Positions 1-6,332 of a stretch of 24,000 nt of DNA are shown here, piece by piece. The stretch spans positions 21,418-45,417 of the forward strand of contig VGTK01000010.1 of assembly GCA_016874715.1 (NCBI GenBank), read 5' to 3'. Position numbers and translations under genes: made by a program. Each line of letters opens with the position of its first letter. Within the stretch, counting starts at the first letter, position 1. The stretch comes from Deltaproteobacteria bacterium. Its GTDB lineage: Bacteria; Desulfobacterota; Binatia; UBA12015. Under the pieces are notes generated by a model. It did not search any database and was not told the DNA's origin. It worked only from the letters and a program-made list of their open reading frames with translations.

Positions 1-569
1 GTGATGATCCGGCCGACGTCGATCTTGTCGAGGCGCGGGCCGTACACGTTGAAGTAGCGCGTGATCGTCACCGGCAGGCCGAGCTTGTGGTACGCGAAGC
101 AGAAGTGCTCGCCGACGGCCTTCGACGTCGAGTAGCACCAGCGGTCGATGCGCGTGGAGCCGAGCACGCGGTCGTCGTCCTCGGACCACGGCAGCTTCGG
201 GTTCCTGCCGTAGACCTCCGAGGTCGAGCTGAACACCACCTTGCGCCCGTACTTGAACGCGACCTTCAACACGTTCTGCGTGCCGTTCACGTTGACGTTG
301 AGCACCTCGTACGGATCGCCGACGTAGTGCTCGACGCCGACCACGGCCGCGAGGTGGTAGACGATCTCGACCTGCGCGACCAGCGAGTCGAGGATGTCGA
401 GCGCCATCACGCTGTCGCGAACCACACGGAACCGCGGGTGGCCCATCAGGTGACGCACCTTGGACGTGCCCCCGGGCTCAAGGATGAACACCTCGTCGCC
501 GCGCTCGAGCAGCGCTTCCGCGAGGTGCGATCCGACGAACCCCCCTCCTCCGGTGATCAGCACCTTCAC
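1..569 (-). CDS. arnA: UDP-glucuronate decarboxylase / NAD-dependent sugar epimerase-dehydratase (homologue of the ArnA C-terminal domain). Only the N-terminal part is here; the gene runs off the window start.
   Basis: I translated the minus strand by hand from the GTG at 569-567: VKVLITGGGGFVGSHLAEALLERGDEVF...HPRFRVV...SSTSEVYG...RWCYSTSKAVGEHFCFAY...NVYGPRLD...RIIT. It has a GxxGxxG Rossmann motif and the S...YxxxK SDR catalytic pattern. It is collinear with the E. coli ArnA decarboxylase domain (HPHFHFV, PSTSEVYG, RWIYSVSK, GPRLD, RAIT). A GGGAGAG Shine-Dalgarno sequence lies about 7 nt upstream. The ORF is absent from the supplied track because it has no stop inside the window. Confidence 0.85.
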   Translation of the reverse strand, partial: MKVLITGGGGFVGSHLAEALLERGDEVFILEPGGTSKVRHLMGHPRFRVVRDSVMALDILDSLVAQVEIVYHLAAVVGVEHYVGDPYEVLNVNVNGTQNVLKVAFKYGRKVVFSSTSEVYGRNPKLPWSEDDDRVLGSTRIDRWCYSTSKAVGEHFCFAYHKLGLPVTITRYFNVYGPRLDKIDVGRII

Positions 570-606
570 GTCGTGTCTCTCCCTGCCTCGCGAGCCGCCC
601 GCGCGT

Positions 607-1752
607 TCAGCCGTTGTTGGTGTCCGTAGCGAACCGGGCGCCGGGCGCGAGTCCGGCCGCCCGGGCCCAGGCCGGGCCGCTCGACGACGCGTCCTCCCGG
701 GCCGGACCACCCGTCGACGTCGCGTCCTCCCGGGCCGGACCACCCGTCGACGTCGCGTCCTCCCGGGCCGGACCACCCGTCGACGTCGCGTCCTCCCGGG
801 CCGGACCACCCGTCGACGTCGCGTCCTCCCGGGCCGGACCACCCGTCGACGTCGCGTCCTCCCGGGCCGGGTCGTGCATCGGCACGCCGTCCGCCCAGGT
901 GACGTTGCGGATCTCGAGCACGCCGTCGCCGGTCGCGACCAGCAGTGCGCCACCGCCCGTCGGGTCCGGCACGATCGTGCCCGGAGCCGCACCCGCAGCC
1001 GCCCCAGGCCACGCTTCGGCCCACCAGATGAGGACCTTGCGCCCGCCGAGCGTCGTGAAGGCGCCCGGCCACGGCTCGGTCACCGCGCGGACCAGGTTGC
1101 GGATCGACTCCGCCGGACGGCACCAGTCGATCCGGCCATCGGCGGGCTTGCGACCGCCGAAGTACGTCGCTGCGCCGTGATCCTGCTCGGTCCGCGGGGC
1201 GGTGCCGTCGACCAGCCGCGGGTAGACGTCGCGCAGCAGGATGCGGGCTTCGGCGGCGAGCCGGCGCGTCAGGCTGAGCGCCGTGTCGTCGCGCGCGATG
1301 GGGATGCGCCGCTGCGCGACGATGGCACCGTGGTCCGGCTTCTCGTCCATCTCGTGCAGCGTGACGCCGGTCTCGGTCTCGCCGTTCACCAGCACCCAGT
1401 TCACCGGCGCGCGTCCGCGATACCGTGGCAGATACGAGCCGTGCAGGTTCAGCGCACCACGGGTCGCCACGGCCAGCACGCGCGGCTTCATCATCAGCCG
1501 GTAGTAGAACGAGAAGAGGAAGTCCGGCCGCACCGCGGCGATCGCCGCGAGCGCGGCGTCGCCGTTGACGTCGTCGGGCGCCACGACCGGCACCCCGGCC
1601 GAGCGCGCGAGCGCCTCCACCGAGCGGAACCAGATCTTCTCGCCCGGGGAGTCGCGGTGCGTGACGACGAGCCCGACGTCCGCTCCGAGGTCGAGAAGCT
1701 CGGCGAGGGCCTCGTGGCCCACCTCGCCGTACGCGCAGACGACGTGCGGCAC
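607..1752 (-). CDS. arnA: UDP-Ara4N formyltransferase (homologue of the ArnA N-terminal domain) with a C-terminal 11-aa tandem-repeat tail
   Basis: Lies within track ORF 607..1875. It is strongly collinear with E. coli ArnA residues 1-300: NLHGSYLPRYRGRAPVNWVLVNGETETGVTLHEM and LVRAVTEPWPGAF. I place the start at GTG 1752-1750 (VPHVVCAYGEVG...), 7 nt after the arnC stop. The residues upstream of that in the track ORF are Arg-rich and overlap arnC. The start has moderate certainty. Confidence 0.85.
   Translation of the reverse strand: MPHVVCAYGEVGHEALAELLDLGADVGLVVTHRDSPGEKIWFRSVEALARSAGVPVVAPDDVNGDAALAAIAAVRPDFLFSFYYRLMMKPRVLAVATRGALNLHGSYLPRYRGRAPVNWVLVNGETETGVTLHEMDEKPDHGAIVAQRRIPIARDDTALSLTRRLAAEARILLRDVYPRLVDGTAPRTEQDHGAATYFGGRKPADGRIDWCRPAESIRNLVRAVTEPWPGAFTTLGGRKVLIWWAEAWPGAAAGAAPGTIVPDPTGGGALLVATGDGVLEIRNVTWADGVPMHDPAREDATSTGGPAREDATSTGGPAREDATSTGGPAREDATSTGGPAREDATSTGGPAREDASSSGPAWARAAGLAPGARFATDTNNG
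679..870 (-). repeat. 33-bp tandem repeat, about 5.8 copies, in frame inside the formyltransferase 3' end (PAREDATSTGG repeat)
   Basis: Four identical units of cgtcgacgtcgcgtcctcccgggccggaccacc sit at 712-744, 745-777, 778-810 and 811-843. A diverged unit at 679-711 has 3 mismatches, and a truncated unit occupies 844-870. I counted these directly in the sequence. Confidence 0.95.
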
Positions 1753-1759
1753 GGAACGC

Positions 1760-2764
1760 TCAGAGCGTCTCGCGCGGCGACGTGTGCGACTGCGAGACGA
1801 CCTCGCGGATCCGGTACACCGGACGCCGCCGCACCTCGGCGTAGATGCGCCCGACGTACTCGCCGACGAGGCCAACGGCGAGCAGCAGCACGCCGACGAA
1901 GGCGAACAGGATCGCGAACAAGGTGAACACGCCCTCGCTCTCCGGTCCGACGATCAGGCGGCGCACCATCAGGAAGCCCGCGAAACCCACGCCGAGGATC
2001 GCGATGAGCACGCCCGTCAGGCTCACCAGCTGGATCGGCAGCAGCGAGAAGCCGGTGATCAGGTCGAAGCCGAGACGCATGAGCTTGAGCGGCGAGTACT
2101 TGGAAGCGCCGCGACCGCGCTCCTCGTGCGCGACCGGGATCTCGATCGGGTCGCGTGCGATCATCATCGCGAGCGCGGGAATGAACGCCGACTGCTCGGC
2201 GAGCTCGATGATCTCGTCGGCGACGTCGCGCGAGTAGCCGCGCAGCATGCAGCCGTAGTCGCTCATGCCGACGCCCATGCTGGCGGCGGTGACCGTGTTC
2301 ACCATCGCCGACACCTGCCTGCGGAGCCACGGGTCCTGGCGGTTCTCGCGGATCGAGCCGACGACGTCGTGTCCGTCGCGGAGCTCCGCGACGATGCGCG
2401 GGATCTCGCTCGGCGGGTTCTGCAGATCGGCGTCGAGCGTGATGACGTAGCGCCCTCGCGCGATCGAGAAGCCGGCGAGCACGGCCGGGTGCTGGCCGAA
2501 GTTGCGCGCGAGCTCGACCACGACGACCTGCGGGTGCGCGGCCGCCAGCTCGTGCAGGATCTCGCTCGACGCGTCGCTCGAGCCGTCGTTCACCAGCACG
2601 ATCTCCCAGCTCTCGCCCTCGAGGGCGCCCGACACCGCGTCGTAGAGGTCGTGCAGCGTCGCTTCCTCGTTGAACACCGGGACGACCACCGAGATCTCGG
2701 GAACGTCGCGCGAGCCGCGCGACAGCGGACGATGGCCCGGCGCGCCGGCGGTGTAAGGACTCAA
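1760..2764 (-). CDS. arnC: Family-2 glycosyltransferase, undecaprenyl-phosphate 4-deoxy-4-formamido-L-arabinose transferase (ArnC-like)
   Basis: Lies within track ORF 1760..3091. It has a GT2 core (ISVVVPVFNEE...LVNDGSSD...ITLDADLQNP) and two C-terminal TM helices, like ArnC or polyprenyl-phosphate glycosyltransferases. It sits between the arnB and arnA homologues. The proposed start is TTG 2764-2762, overlapping the arnB TGA (TTGA). That gives 334 aa, against 322 aa for E. coli ArnC. Confidence 0.8.
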   Translation of the reverse strand: MSPYTAGAPGHRPLSRGSRDVPEISVVVPVFNEEATLHDLYDAVSGALEGESWEIVLVNDGSSDASSEILHELAAAHPQVVVVELARNFGQHPAVLAGFSIARGRYVITLDADLQNPPSEIPRIVAELRDGHDVVGSIRENRQDPWLRRQVSAMVNTVTAASMGVGMSDYGCMLRGYSRDVADEIIELAEQSAFIPALAMMIARDPIEIPVAHEERGRGASKYSPLKLMRLGFDLITGFSLLPIQLVSLTGVLIAILGVGFAGFLMVRRLIVGPESEGVFTLFAILFAFVGVLLLAVGLVGEYVGRIYAEVRRRPVYRIREVVSQSHTSPRETL

Positions 2765-3954
2765 GCGGCACCTCCGCCGGCGCGGCGCGCCGCGATCGCG
2801 CCGCCGGCGCGCGTGCGGCGTGCGAGGACGTCGGCGAGCGCGTCGACGACGGTGCTCACGTCGTCGTCGGTCATGTCGGGATAGAGCGGCAGCGACAGGA
2901 TGCGCTCGAAGGCGTCGGTCGCGACCGCGAGCCGCGACGGATCCTCGACCATCGGGCGATAGAGCGTCTGCAGGTGCAGCGGGACGAAGTGCAGACCCGG
3001 CGCGATTCCCCTCTCCTTCAGCTCCGCGATCACCTCGAAGCGGGTCGCGGTGAGCGCCTCGACCTCGAGCCGCACGACCATGAGGTGCCACGCGTTCACG
3101 TGATCGTACGGCGCGCGCTCCAGCGGCCGTACGTGCGGCACCTGCGCGAGCTGCTCGAGGTACTGCTCGGCGAGCCGCGCGCGGCGCGCGTTCAGCGCGT
3201 CCAGGCGCGCCAGCTGGTGCAGGCCCAGCGCCGCCTGCAGGTCGGTGAAGTTGTACTTGAAGCCGGCCTCGACGACGTCGTACGCGCCCGCGCCGCGGCC
3301 GCCGAAGCGGCTCTCCGCGGTCTGGTCGATGCCGTGGAAGCGGAGCCGCGTCGCCCGCGCCGCGATCTCGTCGGAGTCCGTCACGAGGGCGCCGCCCTCA
3401 CCGGTCGTCAGGTTCTTCGCCGGGTGGAAGCTGAACATCGTCGCGTCGCCGAACCTGCCGATCGGCGTGCCGCGGTACGAGGCGCCGAGCGCGTGCGCGG
3501 CGTCCTCGATGAGCTTCAGCCCGTGTTCCTGCGCGACGGCGGCGAGCGCGTCCTCGTCGCACGGCTGGCCCGCGAAGTGGACCGGCAGCAGCGCCCTCGT
3601 CCGTGGCGTGATCGCCGCCTCGATACGCGCGCAGTCGACGTTCAGCGTTCCGGGCTCGACGTCGACGAACACCGGCCGCGCCCCGGCGTGCAGGAGCACG
3701 TTCGCGGTCGATACCCAGGTCATGGGCGTGGTGATCACCTCGTCGCCGGGGCCGATGCCGGCCGCGAGGACGGCGAGGTGCAACGCGGCGGTCCCGGAGC
3801 TGGCCCCCAGGGCGTGCTTCACCCCCAGGAACGCCGCCAGGTCGCGCTCGAAGCGCATCGCACGCGGCCCCGTGGAGAGCCATCCCGAGCGCAGGCAGGC
3901 CTCCGCCTCGGCGACCTCCGCATCACCGATCGACGGCCGCGCGTAGGGAATCAT
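2761..3954 (-). CDS. arnB: DegT/DnrJ/EryC1-family PLP aminotransferase, UDP-4-amino-4-deoxy-L-arabinose-oxoglutarate aminotransferase (ArnB-like)
   Basis: Lies within track ORF 2761..4044. The sequence MIPYARPSIGDAEVAE...GASSGTAALHLA...FSFHPAKNLTTGEGG contains the PLP-lysine motif. The start is ATG 3954-3952; the 30 codons upstream are Arg/Pro-rich. It is first in an arnB-arnC-arnA gene order. Confidence 0.85.
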   Translation of the reverse strand: MIPYARPSIGDAEVAEAEACLRSGWLSTGPRAMRFERDLAAFLGVKHALGASSGTAALHLAVLAAGIGPGDEVITTPMTWVSTANVLLHAGARPVFVDVEPGTLNVDCARIEAAITPRTRALLPVHFAGQPCDEDALAAVAQEHGLKLIEDAAHALGASYRGTPIGRFGDATMFSFHPAKNLTTGEGGALVTDSDEIAARATRLRFHGIDQTAESRFGGRGAGAYDVVEAGFKYNFTDLQAALGLHQLARLDALNARRARLAEQYLEQLAQVPHVRPLERAPYDHVNAWHLMVVRLEVEALTATRFEVIAELKERGIAPGLHFVPLHLQTLYRPMVEDPSRLAVATDAFERILSLPLYPDMTDDDVSTVVDALADVLARRTRAGGAIAARRAGGGAA

Positions 3955-4110
3955 CTCGGATCCATCCGGTACCAGAGGTCGACGCGGGGCAGCAAACGCC
4001 CGGTCCGGCGTCGCTGCCCGACGCTGGCCTGACCACGCGGCCAAAAAACTCGGTCCGTCGCCTTGACGGGATGACGCGCCGTGTTACGTGGCGTCCCGGA
4101 GGTTTGAACG

Positions 4111-4551
4111 ATGAGCAGCAAGACTGAAACGTCCATCTGGGCGCCCCTGCAGGGCGCCGTCGCGCAGGCGCGCACGCTCGACCGGCGGGCCCGCAAGATC
4201 GCACAGCAGACCGCCGACGAGCTCTACAGCCGCTCGGAGACCCTGTTCACCGAGGCGCAGAAGCGCTCGGCGCGGACCGTGAAGGCGGTGCGCAAGAACG
4301 TCGCGGCCGCGCTCGAGACCATCGATTCGCGCACCAGGCGGCTGTCCGACGTGCCCGACTGGGCATGGCAGCAGCTCGAAGGGGCGCGCAAGCAGCTGAG
4401 CGACGCCGAGATCCAGCTGCGCAAGGGCGTCGAGGTGGTCGCGCGCGGCCTGCACGTTGCGCTCGACAAGGATGTCGACGGCCTGCGCCGCAAGCTGTCA
4501 CACCTCGAGAAGCGGGTGAACGAGCTCTCCGGCGAGAGCAAGGCGGCCTGA
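4111..4551 (+). CDS. Hypothetical coiled-coil protein, possibly phasin / PHA-granule-associated family
   Basis: A 146-aa ORF with protein-like composition and a GGAGG Shine-Dalgarno sequence at 4098-4102. The C-terminal segment GLHVALDKDVDGLRRKLSHLEKRVNEL resembles the conserved end of phasin (PF05597-type) proteins. The functional call is weak. Confidence 0.6.
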   Translation: MSSKTETSIWAPLQGAVAQARTLDRRARKIAQQTADELYSRSETLFTEAQKRSARTVKAVRKNVAAALETIDSRTRRLSDVPDWAWQQLEGARKQLSDAEIQLRKGVEVVARGLHVALDKDVDGLRRKLSHLEKRVNELSGESKAA

Positions 4552-4687
4552 GGGCTGCCCGCAGGGCGGCGCGGCCCGCGTGGGCGGGCGCGCCGCATCT
4601 CGGCCCCAGGCCGAGTGACCCGGCGTCCTGGGGACCGGCGACGGGTCAAGGGTCCGGCGCTCCGCGCCGGGCCGGCGAACGCGCCGC

Positions 4688-5008
4688 TCAGGCGGCGGCC
4701 GGGGCCGACGAACCCTTCTTGTCGGCCTTCTTTTCCTTCTTCTCGGGCTTCTCCGACTTGGTCTCGGTCGAGCTGCTGCTCGAGCTCGAGTCGTCGGAGG
4801 ACTTCGACTCCGTCGCACCGGCGTTGCCGTCCTTGCGGCCGTAGTCCGTGATGTACCAGCCCGCGCCCTTCAGATGGAACGCCGGATTGGAGATCAGCTT
4901 GGTCACCTTCGCCTTGCAGGACGGACACTTCTTGAGCGGCTGATCGGTGATCTTCTGCATCTGATCGAAGTCGCCACACTTCGGGCAGTGGTATTCGTAG
5001 ATCGGCAT
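4688..5008 (-). CDS. FmdB-family zinc-ribbon protein (CxxC_CxxC_SSSS type) with a Ser/Lys-rich tail
   Basis: The sequence MPIYEYHCPKCGDFDQMQKITDQPLKKCPSCKAKVTKLIS carries two CxxC pairs, followed by SSDDSSSSSSS and a K/E-rich tail. The start is ATG 5008-5006, preceded by GGAGGAG. The track ORF extends 22 codons further upstream without support. Confidence 0.85.
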   Translation of the reverse strand: MPIYEYHCPKCGDFDQMQKITDQPLKKCPSCKAKVTKLISNPAFHLKGAGWYITDYGRKDGNAGATESKSSDDSSSSSSSTETKSEKPEKKEKKADKKGSSAPAAA

Positions 5009-5057
5009 CGTCGAGGACTCCTCCGGACCAGCAGGCCCCGCCGAGGTGTAAGGGCGC

Positions 5058-5393
5058 CTAGTCGAATTGTCCACCCAGGACCGACGGGCCCCCGCCGCCG
5101 ATGCTGGCCGCGAGCTGGTAGAGCGTCTTCACCAGGAAGACCTGCAGGAAGGTGATGGCCAGCAGCACCACGATCGGCGTGAAGTCCACCCCGCCGAAGG
5201 CCAGCGGCAGGACCCGCCGGACCCGGTACATGACGGGCTCCGTGGCAGACCGCAGGAAGCGGACGATCGGGTTGTAGGGGTCCGGGTTGACCCAGGACAG
5301 CACCGCGCTCGCGATGATGATCCACCAGTAGATGTTCAGGACGGCGTTCACGACCATCGCGGTCGCGACGAGGAAGTTGCTCACAACGAACAT
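5058..5393 (-). CDS. yggT: YggT-family integral membrane protein
   Basis: A 111-aa hydrophobic protein with the YggT hallmark ...LSWVNPDPYNPIVRFLRSATEPVMYRVRRVLP.... A GAGGAG Shine-Dalgarno sequence lies upstream. It follows yggS and proC, the gene order I recall for Pseudomonas. Confidence 0.9.
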   Translation of the reverse strand: MFVVSNFLVATAMVVNAVLNIYWWIIIASAVLSWVNPDPYNPIVRFLRSATEPVMYRVRRVLPLAFGGVDFTPIVVLLAITFLQVFLVKTLYQLAASIGGGGPSVLGGQFD

Positions 5394-5528
5394 CGGGGCG
5401 CTCCTCTTCCAGCGAGGGGCGCGAGCCCCTCGACCCGCCGGGCCGACCCCGACGGAATCCCACTCCCGCTCCCGATCCCGGGCGCCGCGACCGGGCGGCC
5501 GGCGACCGGACGGCCGGCCCGCGACATG

Positions 5529-6332
5529 CTAGCCAGCCGACAGCTCCTTCGAGCGCCGGGTCGCCGCCTCGATGGCGGCCCGGACTGCGCGAGCGAAGCC
5601 TCGCGCCTCGAGCGCCTCGAGACCGGCGAGCGTCGTGCCGCCGGGGGAGGTGACCATCGCGCGCAGCTTGTCTGGCGAATCGCCGGAGGTCCGCCACAGG
5701 GTCGCCGCGCCGAACAGAGTCTGCTTGACCAGACGCTCGGCGAGCGCGGGCGCGAGACCGACCGACTTCGCGGCCTCGAGCCAGGCCTCGGCGAACGCGA
5801 ACACGAATCCCGGGCCGCTGCCGCTCACGGCGGTCACCGCGTCGAGCAGCGACTCCTCGGCGACCACCACGGCGTCGCCGACGCTCGTGAAGAGCCCGCG
5901 GACGACCTCGAGGTCGTCCGCGGTCGCAGCACCGCCGCCGACCAGCACGGTGATGCCCTCGCCGACGAGCGCTGGCGTGTTCGGCATCGCGCGCACGAGC
6001 CGGCTCGACGCGCCGAGCTGCCGCGCGAGGCTCTGCAGGGTGAAGCCTGCCGCGACCGAGACGACGATCTGCTCCGCCCGGACGTGCCCCGCGAGCCTGT
6101 CGACGACGGCGCCGAGCACCTGCGGCTTCACGGCCAGCACCAGCACGTCGGCAGCTGCGGCGACCTCGTCGAGCCCCGCCGCCAGTGTGCCGCCGGTCTC
6201 CTTCGCGAAACGCTCGCGCGCTCCGGCGTCCGGATCCGTGGCGACGATGCGGACGTCCGGCTTGCCCGCGGCGATGCCGCCGGCGAGCGCACGCGCCATG
6301 TTGCCGGCGCCGGCGAAGCCGACGCAGGTCAA
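5529..6332 (-). CDS. proC: Pyrroline-5-carboxylate reductase
   Basis: This is the C-terminal 267 aa of track ORF 5529..6956: (M)TCVGFAGAGNMARALAGGI...AMPNTPALVGEG...SGSGPGFVF...MVTSPGGTT. The start is TTG 6332-6330, overlapping the upstream TGA (TTGA). The upstream part of the track ORF is Arg-rich and overlaps the Maf-YggS gene. Confidence 0.9.
   Translation of the reverse strand: MTCVGFAGAGNMARALAGGIAAGKPDVRIVATDPDAGARERFAKETGGTLAAGLDEVAAAADVLVLAVKPQVLGAVVDRLAGHVRAEQIVVSVAAGFTLQSLARQLGASSRLVRAMPNTPALVGEGITVLVGGGAATADDLEVVRGLFTSVGDAVVVAEESLLDAVTAVSGSGPGFVFAFAEAWLEAAKSVGLAPALAERLVKQTLFGAATLWRTSGDSPDKLRAMVTSPGGTTLAGLEALEARGFARAVRAAIEAATRRSKELSAG

Noticed and set aside
679-870. Could the 33-bp repeats be a CRISPR array?
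   Set aside because: The units are directly contiguous with no spacers. They lie in frame inside a coding region, and there are no cas genes nearby. This is a tandem repeat, not a CRISPR array.
460-1926. A 488-aa plus-strand ORF (and its neighbours 87..629 and 614..1180) containing the striking repeat RRRRVLPGRTT
   Set aside because: It is antisense or off-frame to the ArnA-type formyltransferase, which has strong homology on the minus strand. Its Arg/Pro/Gly-rich composition is typical of non-coding frames in 70% GC DNA, and the repeat is simply the 33-bp DNA repeat read in the wrong frame.
4552-4687. GC-rich hairpins between the convergent phasin-like and fmdB-like genes, considered as intrinsic terminators (for example ccccagg...cctgggg at 4604-4633 and ccggcgc-tcc-gcgccgg at 4654-4670); also gcgac...gtcgc at 18885-18902
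   Set aside because: The stems exist, but none is followed by a U-tract on either strand. In 70% GC DNA, such hairpins arise by chance, so I cannot support a terminator call.
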